Shown: positions 53,700-64,000 of the stretch, piece by piece
How the letters are laid out: every line of letters starts with the position of its first letter
Position numbering within the stretch: position 1 is the first letter of the stretch
DNA from: Glaucostegus cemiculus
Taxonomy: Eukaryota
DNA: 64,000 nucleotides
Assembly (NCBI GenBank): GCA_976551045.1
Contig: CDPCPM010000052.1
Location: 10,044,001 to 10,108,000 of the forward strand
Reading direction: 5' to 3'
Made by a program: the position numbers and the translations under genes
Notes under the pieces: model-generated
Database searches by the model: none
What the model saw: only the letters and a program-made list of their open reading frames with translations
Told to the model about the DNA's origin: nothing

Positions 53700-54700
53700 A
53701 AATTCTTTTGATGTGGGTGTAGAGTCTTAAGGAGTATGTCAATATTTGCAGGGGTATGCCTTGAGGAACGTCAGCACTTGGAGTCCCCAGGAGTATGTCA
53801 GTAATTGCAAGGTCCATGGAAGATGGATGTGTTTGGGAAGCACAAGATATTTGGGGTCCCTAAGAGTGTGTCAATATTTTAGGACCCAAAGATTATTGAA
53901 TTGGCCATGCGTTGATATTTATAAGGGCTCGGCTGGATGTGTGTCAGTACTTAAATGGGGTCCTGTAGTGTTTAAAAAAAGATTGGGATTTTATGGAAAA
54001 GTGTGATATTTATAAGGATTCGCAGTTGTGAGTGGTGATTATTAATATGTAAACATTTACAGAGTGTTACATTACTAACGTGGGATTTAGCTGGGGATAG
54101 AGGGACAGGTGATGACTATTGGGGAAGTTTCAATATTTACTGTGCATGTCGATTTTTACAGGAGGTGTTGATATTTACTGGAGGTGGGAGAAGCATTTCT
54201 CCCCAAGAGTGCATCATTACTTACAAATTGAAGGTTTCCCAGGAGAATATGTTGACATTTATGAAGGGAGCGTAGTCTCGGATTTTACAGATGAACTCCC
54301 AGGAAATTGTATGTATTTTTACAAGTCCTGGAGAGTTGTGTTGATATTTACAGGAAGTTCTCTGGGGAAAATGTTTACAGGGGATTCCTGAAGAGTGTGC
54401 TGATATTTACAAGACTTGCCCAGAAGTACGTGGTGACATTTACGAAGGGGGGGGGGGGGGTGGGAGGAAGAGTGTGTGGGGCAGATAGTATGGGCAATGG
54501 AGAGTGTGTTCATATTTACAAATGTCCTAAAAGAGTGTGTTGATACTTAAAGTTCTCCTTCCAGCGTGTGTTGAAACTTACAGGGAGTGTCGGAGAGTGT
54601 TAATGTTTTGAGGGGATGGGAAAGAGTTCAGGGAGACTATATTTTAAACTTACTGGATGCCCCCGGGAAAGTACGTTGATACTTACAAGGGTCGAGCCAA
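53700..54700. repeat. Degenerate approx. 30-bp tandem array (core gtgtgttgatatttacaagg)
   Basis: Recurrent (t)gatattta(c/t)a(a/g)g motif at roughly regular spacing over 1 kb; a related short patch lies at about 5565-5770. Confidence 0.75.
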
Positions 54701-55898
54701 ATACTTGAAGCGTGCACCTACACTGAGGACATATACCCTTGAAACCCGCAGACTGAGAGATAAAGAAGTAACATAATATAAAAGACTTCTCAGTGCTGCA
54801 GAGCGAACCGGACATGAATTTAGACACCATGAACACTGAGCGGGGTAAAACAGCGGAGATGGAATAAACGAGGGAGGGGTGGGACAATAAAACTACAACT
54901 CCCACAATGCTTGAAGATCGTAAATCCCGGAAATCGCCCTGAATGAAGATAAAAGGGTCGATCCAGTAATTCGGTGAGATACGGAGATTCTATTTCAAAT
55001 CACCTTCAACCCAGGAGGTCATCCATTCCATGTCACAGAGGAACAGGTCTGGGGCTGGCAGTGGAGGGAGGGAACAGGAAGAACAATCGGTTATAATATC
55101 TGGTATTTTACTGACACTGACAGGGGGATTGGAAACTGACGCGGTGGAGCTCAGGGACTTTATTTAATTTATCAAATGCAGTGACCCACCGGCAGCGCGG
55201 TGTTGTAATGGCCAAATAATGTGAAGTATTGTGAGCGCTAGCGACAGTGTGGAGCTGTTGGCCGGCCGATGACTACAGTCAGCAGCCGCAGAGGGGTGGT
55301 ACAGAGAGAGAGATAGGAAGTCAGCAACATCCTCTCTACTGTTACCGACAGCCCCAAGGCGCGCACACACACACACATACACAGGAGTTTCGGCGTCCAC
55401 CTTCTATTCCACCGCCGACTCGAGCTGATAGGACCAGAAGGACAGGAGAAAGAGAGACAGTCCTAGCTTCTCCTCCTCCCCTCAGCTCCTCGGTGGGACA
55501 TGGCCCGGAGCAGGCGAGCCGGAGCCGAGGAGGCTGCAGCCCAGCCACCGTGCACTTGGAACCGGGCTTTGGCTCCTTCTCACCTGAACGAGAATTAGTT
55601 CGCCCCTCGCTCTGGGATTCAGCGGGAGAGAGAGAGAGAGGGGGGGGGATCCAGCACCTCTCCACCCAAATCTCCTTTCTACAGAAACCTCCCCTCAGAG
55701 AAAAAAAGGTTAAAGGTTTTCTTTATACAAAAAAACGGTATTATTTACTTACAGCGTGTTTTAAAACACAAAAGCTTTAGGGCCTGTCAGGAGCAGATTT
55801 CTCCCTAGCCTGCAGTGGAAGGTTGAATGAATGTCTGCTGTGGGAGGAAGCTCAGTTAGTTGGTTGCTGATCGAGTTCTTCCCTCGGTGCTGATTTCG

Positions 55899-56224
55899 AT
55901 GGTTCTCCTGGAGACTTGGGGGCTCCCGTCTCTCGCTCTCCTTGTCTTCCTACAAAGTGCCATGGGTTGTATCAACAGCCTCGCCTGCAAGCCGAGGGTG
56001 TGCCGGGACTCCATCTCCCTGCATGAGATCTCGGCCAGCATCGACAGCAACCCCACCAGCATCGACGAGTCGTCGGACATCGTGCTGCGCTACCGGACCC
56101 CTTACTTCCGAGCCTCGGCGCGGGTCTGCGTGCCGCCGATTCTCAAGGCGGACACCTGGGTGGTCGGTTGGATTCAAGCTTGCAACTACATGGAGTTTTA
56201 CAACACCTACGGGGATCTAGGCAT
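55899..56224 (+). CDS. FAM78A: FAM78A, first coding exon (partial gene; remainder beyond the window)
   Basis: MVLLETWGLPSLALLVFLQSA-MGCINSLACKPRV...SIDSNPTSIDESSDIVLRYRTPYFRASARV..PPI..DTWVVGWIQACNYMEFYNTYGDLGM is the FAM78 signature. Donor GGC AT|GTGAGT at 56224/56225 (phase 2 within Met, as recalled for human). The ~20-aa extension before MGC and adjacency to PLPP7 favour A over B. Confidence 0.9.
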
Positions 56225-56397
56225 GTGAGTATGTTCCTGTGTGTATGCGTGCGTGCAGCTAGCGAGGGAGCTTAACGTAGAGCAGGCACTGACAGATGGA
56301 GACCAGGGTCTGACATTGTGTGTGATAACGTGCTTGTGTGTGATGTGAGCATTACCGTCTGTCCGGGGCTAAGTGGGTGCACGTAATGTGTCCACAA

Positions 56398-56399
<2 letters not shown>

Positions 56400-56472
<73 letters not shown>
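56400..56472. repeat. Compound (GT)n(GA)n microsatellite
   Basis: About 19 GT units directly followed by about 17 GA units, 175 bp into FAM78A intron 1. Confidence 0.97.
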
Positions 56473-56473
<1 letters not shown>

Positions 56474-57199
56474 TAGATTCCGCTAGACGGTGCGGGACGG
56501 TGTGAGCAGGCGGTGTGTATGGGGGGTGGGAATGACAGGACGCTCAGTGTCAGGAACCCGCACGGGAGACTGGACCGAGTGCTTCAGAAAGCCAGCGGCC
56601 GCCACACTCTGCCGCCGACTGGGCATTGAACAGTGACATTGAAACGACGCGAACTGCCCCGACCGAAGCCGGGGTCCGGGGTCGGAGCTTCCATTCCCCT
56701 GGCGGCTTCACGCAGCGTGCAAGCTGCTGAGCCAACGAGCGTGGCCCTGTTCCGCTTTCAGTGCCACGCTATTCGATCGCTCCGGGAGTTGGGCGAGATA
56801 GATGGCCAGAGTATGTCTCATTCACGGCTGCTCTCAGTCAGTGAGGCTGTCCACCCACCGGCCGGCGTTCCCGCTCCTCTAAGTGATTCACAGCTACGTG
56901 CAGATAGAACTAATGAAACAGCTCAGACTAAAGTAGCTCTCACACTCTGTTCTGGCAGTGATGGTTGTGGAGCGATGTACCGTCTAATGAAATCACACCT
57001 TCCGGTACCAAACGTCAGATTTCATCTTAAACTATGTTTTAACTGCATTACAAAGAGCCTTCTGTTACCCATATAAGCGGGGTGGTATATACAGTTACAA
57101 TACGAATCTAGAATAACTAACCGATGGGAATTTCAGTCCGAATGCAATCATTGTGCAGTTAGCGCATGTTCGCAGGCACAGAACAGACCCTGCATATAC

Positions 57200-58450
57200 A
57201 CCACACCGGGAACTAGTTGTATTACAGAGCACCTTGAACGAGGGCCTTCACAGGAAGATCATCGTCAACACTTGAGCGAAGCCAAATGAGGATGAGAGGG
57301 TCGGTGATCAAAGCGCTGACAGAGGTAGACTTTTGGGAGGCTTTGCAAAAGGAGGGAGAGGGGAGATTTAGAGCGTGGGGCCTAGTTGTGGGCGGGGGCA
57401 ATGGTGACTTGGTCCAACACTAGAGATGCTCAGACAGCCGGAGTTGGAAGCGCGCAGATGTCTGGTGGGCTTCAGGTGGACAGGAGAGAGGGGGAAGGGA
57501 GGAGGCCATGGTCGGATTTGAAAATAAGGATAAGAGTTTTAAAGTTCGCGCATTGCTTATCGGAGCCCGTGTATCTCAGCGTGCACAAGAAAGTCTCTGT
57601 GCACAGGCGAAGATCGGCCAGTGCGGTTCTGAATGAGCCCTGAGTGTGGGGCCTGGGAGGCCAGACGGGAATACATTCCAACACTCAAGACTGGAGGTAA
57701 CAAGTGTATGGAGGAGAGTTCCAGCAACAGGTGAGCTGGGGCCACTCAGAGTCAGGCAATAGGTAGCTTTAATGATGGCAGGGACGCTTGCTCAGTAGCC
57801 CACTTCAGGGTCAAGCGTGGCACCAATGTTTTAAAGGGTATGGTTCAGCTTCAGGCATTTGTTGTAGAAGTGGATGGAATCAGGGGCTAGGGAATGGTGT
57901 TGTGGAAAGGACTGAAGATTATGGCTTTAATCTTCCCATTACATAGTGAGAGCAAAGTTTGGCTCATTAGAAGTGACCTACAAATTGGACATGGTGGGGG
58001 AATTAGAAAAGGTGGTAGTGAGAACTGAGCCAAGTGTTGTCACTACAAATGTGGAGACCGACGCTGTGTTTTCCAGTGATGTTGCCAAGGGCAGCGTGTG
58101 GAGGAGAAACAGGAGCCCTTGCTGGTGGAAAGTCTAGAACCAAAAGAATGAGGTGCCCTTCAGTAGGACTACAGTGGTGAGGTATTGGCAGTGGATGGTG
58201 GGATCAACCATGCCAAGGACTTCAAACAGGTCGAGAAGGTGTGGATTACCTTTGTCTGTGACTGAGGAAAAAAGCTAACTACAAGCATTCAAACAAGGAG
58301 TTCCAGAGAAGATGGGAGATGACTGCATATTCAAGAAACTGGAGTGGAAAGGAATGGGGCACTAGTCTGTAAGGAAAGTGGAGTCAAGAGTTGGCTCTTT
58401 GAGGAAGGGTGTCAGCAGCAGGGGGTGGGTAGTGATGGAAGGTAACAGTT
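57200..58450 (-). mobile_element. L2-type LINE fragment (decayed)
   Basis: Minus-strand FKTLILIFKSDHGLLPS (FKILxLxFK..HGLAP-like) and LLDLFEVLGMVDPTI near 58200-58240 (LLDLSAAFDTVDH-like). Confidence 0.7.
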
Positions 58451-61400
58451 CCCAAAGGACCAGGAGAATGTGGGGTCACATACAAAAGCATAGTTCAATC
58501 CCCAAATAACCAATAAATATAGTCACAATATAGTCCTGTATGGAGTGATACAGGCAGGGACGGTAGAATCCCTGTATAACCAATGTGATACAAGCACAGC
58601 ACAGATCTTATACAATTCATGTCATATTTATAGGCAGAGGAACAGTAGTCCAAATGTCACGTGATATACATATAGAGATAAAATAGTCACTGTATAATAT
58701 TCTGACAGAAAGTCACAGTATACTCCTTGTGTAAGTAGTGTGATTGATTTCTATTCTACTCTACTGATCATGACTACCTTGCCCCATGACGTGCATGTTC
58801 CTTTACTCCTGTCATACATGAGGCTGGCTGCAGAATGCAACTTGATATGTGTACTTGGGTAGAAACTCAACTCAGTGGAATCATTCTGAAGCAGCAGAAG
58901 TGAGGTTTCAGTCACATCCGCCTGATCAGATAGCTCTGACACAGCTCTTCCTGGCTGATGCTTCATGATACTGTGGTAGGGGGATCTGTACAGATGCAGC
59001 AGGATTGTGGCACACTAAAAATATCATCCAGTGTGATCCCTTTGTGGCGTGAGGACACAAATCCTTCCTGTTCAGCCAAACTGATCCAAATCAGAGCAGC
59101 TAGACAGGACCCTAACAATCACCCATATCAACATCACCTCAAAGAAATAATATTGAAGAAATGTATCCCAACCAACATGACAGGGGACATTCGGCGGGAA
59201 GCCTGGCATATTAATTTATTTGGGGCTTTCAGTGGTTTAATCAGCAGTCCCAACACTGACATGTACCAGCTTCCCACAGGTACATGCATGACTGACTAGA
59301 CCTTTTGTTCACACGTGGGAATCGAGAGGCGGGGGTCCCATCCACTGAACCACAGCTGATACATGCATAAAATTTAAAATCATCCCCAAGTAACAAGAAC
59401 AAAGTCAATTTGGGTGTCTGTGTTTCAAGCTGGTGGACAAAATGGCCTCAGTTAGGGAATGAGGCCTGGTGTGGGATGAACCCAACACTGAGAAAACAGT
59501 CACCAGAAGGACTGCTGTGGTTCAAGATGGTGGCTCACCACCACTTTCCTGGAGGCACAAAAACATCCACATGTGGCAAATTCATTTAGTAACAGTGAGT
59601 TTCATGGGAGAGAAACATGTATGAATCTGGCTCTGTTCTGTAAGCACTTAACAATGTCAGTGAAAACATTTTCACCATGGATTATGACAGTACAATGTAC
59701 ATGGTATTCAAAATCAATCTCTTCAAGAACATCACATTCTCATGTATACTCAAACCACATTCATATTTTGAATCAATCCAATAATGAAGCAAAAACCCTT
59801 CAGGTTCTATCATTTGATTAAACATCAACAAAGTGGTCAATATCAGTCTTCAAAACCATTTCTTGTCAGCCTTGGAGGTGGAAGATGAAGGATTTACCAA
59901 ACAAGTTAGTCCATTTGAGTACCAGAATGATGCCAGATCAGCTGAATGGCTTTCAGAGGGCATGGTCTCAGAATAAGAGGCACCCATTTTAGACCGATGA
60001 GGAAGAGGGAGATTTCTAATCCATAAGAAAATCAAGGGAAATGGGGATTAAGAATGTTTGATACTATATCATGATACCATTGAATGGCAAAGCAGGCTCA
60101 AGGGATGGAATGGTTTCATCCCGTTCCTACTTCTTATGATGTTACTTTTAATGTTTTAGTTTTTATATTTTAATGTCATATATAAACAGGTCAAATTCAC
60201 AGCACACAGAACTGGGTCATTTGGTCCTACAGGTCCACACTGTGTTTATGTTCCTTGGGAGCTTCCTCATACCCGCTCTTCATTTCATCCCATCAGCATG
60301 CCTATTGCTTTCTCTCTCATAGAATCAGAATGAAGTAGACAGAACAGGAGGTTACAAGTCCCATCCTGTTCATGTCAGCTCCTTGGTAGAGCTATCAGGT
60401 TAGCTTTATCTTTGTCCATTTTCTTTGTCCAAGGCCTGGCAAATGCCTTCAAGTGTTTATCCTATTCCCTTCTGGAAGCTCCCAGTGAATCTGTTGCCAC
60501 TGTGTTAACCTAGCTTCTACTTAAATGTACACATTTGGTATTCAACTCAGCCACTCAATGTGGTAGTAAATTCCACATCCTAACCAGTCCCTGGGTATGA
60601 AGTTTCTTATGAATCCCCCACTGGATCTCTTAAGCTTGCCTACTGCAAGTTACTGGCTAATGTCTATTTCATTGGGTCCTCCGTGACCTGTAAGGTTACA
60701 ATAGCATGACTAAGAGCTCTTGCTTCTTTGTTTGTTGGGAAAGGTGAAATATATTTTAAATTAAGCACATGTCCATCTTAATAGCAAGCCGCCAGGAAAA
60801 TGCCAAACTCCTTTCCAATCAAGTTTTGTGTTTGCACCTGAATACTGAATATAAACCAAAGGGCTATTAACCTTCTCAGAAGAAAAATAACATTACATTT
60901 CTAGCCTATATTTTGCAAAATGATTTCCCAAGAGAGCAAGACTATTGAAATGCACATGATTCAGAATTACTAAAGCAAGAGGTTAAAGTGGAGATAAAAC
61001 AGCCCATGAAACTTGTGTGAACCTAGTGAATTCAACAGAAATTGAATAGGTCTAAAGGGGAATTCATAAAAGAGAAATAATTCATGAAGACTGTAACTCT
61101 GACTATAGGACAGTCCTAAACTTGGCTCAGCATATCACTAAGCCACCATCTCTAATCAGAAAACATCTCCTGATAAATTATAATGCAACTAGAGGGTGAC
61201 CAGCACTCAAAAACCATAGCAACAAGCCACTCTTGGGAGTATTCTGTTATTTATTTAGATTAGGGTTTAAGTAAACCAACTCTATCTACCACATCTTTGC
61301 CAGATACCATTTGATACTTAAATGGTGATCAGGGAGGAAAGCTGACTGAGGCTAACTGTCAAACCAGAGGTGTTCTTTATTGAATGGCAGAGCAGGTGCC

Positions 61401-61564
61401 AGGGACCTTATAATCTCCTCATGCTGCTATATATTGTTCTTAGGTCTCTACTAGTAAAATCTTCTTGACCTCATGAAGTTCCAGGTCACTGGGCAACTAA
61501 GAGCTGTACTGGAACTGAAAGCAAAGCAGGATGCAGTCTGGGGTGGACCCATGAATGATTCAGC

Positions 61565-61690
61565 AACAGATAAAGGATCATCAACTGAAACATTAACTCT
61601 GTTTCGTTTTCTGCAGATGCTGCCTGACCTGCTGAGTATTTCCAGCATTTTTATTTCAGAGCCTCAGCATCAGTAGTTTGTTTTGGCTAT
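61565..61690 (+). mobile_element. Penelope-like 3'-tail solo element
   Basis: ctgaaacattaactctgtttc...cagatgctgcctgacctgctgagtatttccagcattttt. Confidence 0.7.
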
Positions 61691-62944
61691 GTTATTGAAG
61701 ACCCCTGCACCACCTTTCTATGAAGGTTCCAAAAAATTCTACTGCCCTTTACAAAAGCCAATCTACCCATGGTGGGGATCAGGGATTGGGCAGCCTGAGA
61801 GGAGACACCCTTACCTTGTAACATTACCTTCAAATACCTTCTATTTATTTTATTTCAGATCACAATAAATGTGTAGATGATTAAAAATGGACAATACATG
61901 CAGGACTCAGACACCTGTGAAACACTCAGGTCTTGCTCTCCAGCTAAAGTATAGCATCATCAGAACCAAATTTACTGCTTTAAAGTATAATACTGTGCAG
62001 AGAGAAGGGTGTGGTGAACTTACAAATAGGAAAGGTTTGTACTGATGTTTTGTAATATTACATCACAACCACCATGAGGGAAGAAACAAAAAAAAGTTTT
62101 CTCAACGTCCAAATGCTAAACTTACTGGGCACTCCATTGTAACATTCTGGACCGTGTGTTCAAATCACTGCTTCACTTTATCTGCTCCTTCCTCTACTAC
62201 CCTCTCCAGTTCTATAACACCTCAAGAGCTTTGCCTTCCCCCCAGTTTGAGTCTCCAACACATCCCTAATTTTCAGTGGTCCACATTTGACATACTGGGT
62301 TTGAGTCTCTAGTATTTTATGAAAATTCCTCAGGGTTTGGTTAGTGTGCACACTTGATTATCAGCGGATTGTGCAAAGGAAGCCTATTTTTGGGGTTATT
62401 CATGTACTAATTGGAGCCTACAGCTAAAAGGTCAGAGTGAACATGTTGGAAAGATTTTCTTATCTGAATTGCAAATGTGCCTTCAAGTACTTATGCCATA
62501 AGATCTGGATTTCCCTCCCTAAATATTTCCATTTCTCAACTTCTCCCCCTTTAGGATACTCCTTGAAATGCTCCCTCTTTGGCCAAGCTTTGGGTTTCTT
62601 GTCCTAATAGTTGCTTCTATGATCTGATGTCAGATTTTGTTTAATTTACACCCTTGTAAATCATCTTGGGAGATTTCTCTTGACTATTGGCACTGCACAA
62701 ATGCTCGTTGTTACAATGTTGAGACTGATTACAATCCAGAAGTGTAAACCATTACCATTTATCTGGTTACCAGTACTGCTGCAAATATTTTGCAAGATAG
62801 CAAACAATGGCCACCATCTTAATGTTAACCTTAGTGACCATTTTTCCATTCAACAATTTAAGCAAAGTTGCTAAAGTGAAGGTGGAAAAGAACGGACAAT
62901 GAGGAAAACATTAGTCTGTACCAGCACTATTCTGGCTAAAGGAA

Positions 62945-63135
62945 AGAAAGACATATATTTCCGTGATGCCTTTCATGATGCTGGAACACTCTAAAGTACT
63001 GTGCAGCTAAAGAGATACATTTTGGAATTGGAGTCCCTGTTGTAATATGTAAACACGAAAGCCAATCTGCGCAGAGCAAGATCCAACAAACAGCAATGAA
63101 ATGGTGGGCGGATAATCAGTTTTCAGTAATACTGG
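62945..63135 (-). mobile_element. Deu-SINE/L2-type tail
   Basis: gcctttcatga...gccaatctgcgcagagcaagatccaacaaacagcaatg; further copies at about 13555-13720, 19790-20000, 51185-51395, 52285-52440 and 63735-63960. Confidence 0.65.
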
Positions 63136-64000
63136 CCATAACACATTTTGTTAAACATACTGCTACAAGCTAATGTGGGCACTGTAAATAATCCCATGTA
63201 ATCAAGGACTGGGCGTAACCCTCTCCCTATCCCATAATTTGAGAAAAGAATATATTTACTTACAAGATTTTTGTTTTGCTCAGCAAGTTGCTCTGATCTG
63301 GGAATACACTGCCTGAAAAGCTGGTGGAAGTACAGTCAACGAGTTTCAATAGGCATAAATACCTGAAAAGGAGAAAAAAAGCAGGGCAATGTGAAAAGAT
63401 TAGAGAAGTAGGAACAGCACTTAAAAGATTAAGTAATTGATCTGGAACCAGTGCAGCCTGGTGGACTGAATAACCTATCATGCTGCATGATTCCATGTGA
63501 AGATTTCCATAAGGTCTAAGAGCTGGGAATCACAGAATGTTCCTCATTTCCTATTTGATAAGAATTACTCTGCAATAGATCCCATGCAACCTAACAGGTG
63601 ATGTTGGGCAGTTTGTACAGTGATGTGTTAACAATGGACTTTAGTACCCAAAAAGGAACACACCATACAAATAGGAAGTTTTAGCATGTGAAGTGACTCA
63701 ACAGCTTTCATATGACTGTGGAAACTAGAGCCCATACTGAGGGAGTGCTGCAATGTCAGAGGTCTCATTGTGTGGATGAGACTTTAAACCAAGAAAGCTC
63801 ATAGTCAATGTACTTGTAGTTACTGTTACTGTTGAAATGTAGGAAGCAAAGCAGCCAAATTGCACAAAGCAAGCTTCAGCAAACAGCAGTGTGATTAATG
63901 ACCAGATAAACCTGTATTGGTGGAAGGATAAATTTTAGCCAGGCCGCTGGGGAGGATGGAAATAGTGCCTTGAGAGCAGATGGGACAATGGTTTAAATGT

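Larger units (their letters stand above)
54780..56900 (+). promoter_or_regulatory. CpG-rich promoter/5' region of FAM78A
   Basis: CpG density and GC content rise visibly against the CpG-poor background, spanning the 5' UTR, exon 1 and the start of intron 1. ZNF143-type motif AACTACAACTCCCACAATGC at 54891-54910. Confidence 0.75.

Noticed and set aside
55247-55780. 177-aa ORF and antisense ORFs upstream of FAM78A
   Set aside because: GC-rich 5' UTR/promoter with simple repeats, non-ATG start and no recognisable domain.
55860-55898. ORF track start at 55860 for FAM78A
   Set aside because: It is a TTG start from the ORF caller; the first ATG is at 55899.
56225-64000. FAM78A exon 2 (expected to begin SSWELPDL)
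   Set aside because: No such peptide in the ORF track or by eye; it presumably lies beyond the window.

Overview
Vertebrate genomic DNA. The repeat content (Deu-domain SINEs, V-SINEs, CR1, L2, Rex-Babar, Tx1 and Penelope-like elements) suggests a cartilaginous fish; that is an inference. Two real protein-coding genes lie head-to-head. PLPP7/NET39 is on the minus strand and complete: exon 1 CDS 41929-41488, a 26.3 kb phase-1 intron, exon 2 CDS 15185-14815, 270 aa. FAM78A is on the plus strand; only its first coding exon (55899-56224) is present and exon 2 lies beyond the window. This matches the divergent FAM78A-PLPP7 arrangement known in human. Nearly all other ORFs in the track are retroelement fragments, tandem-repeat artefacts or noise. 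I found no convincing wholly new biological system. The best leads are: mirror-oriented ZNF143/Staf-type motifs at both promoters; a compact muscle-type promoter (MEF2, E-box, Pbx-Meis, CCAAT) plus a 4-codon uORF on PLPP7; extra loss of catalytic-motif residues in this PLPP7; a two-ATG arrangement in FAM78A that could toggle N-myristoylation; a palindrome-flanked templated insertion; decayed hammerhead-like Penelope tails; and a Thr-rich minisatellite ORF with a perfect Kozak start. All family assignments are from recall, not database searches, and repeat boundaries are approximate.
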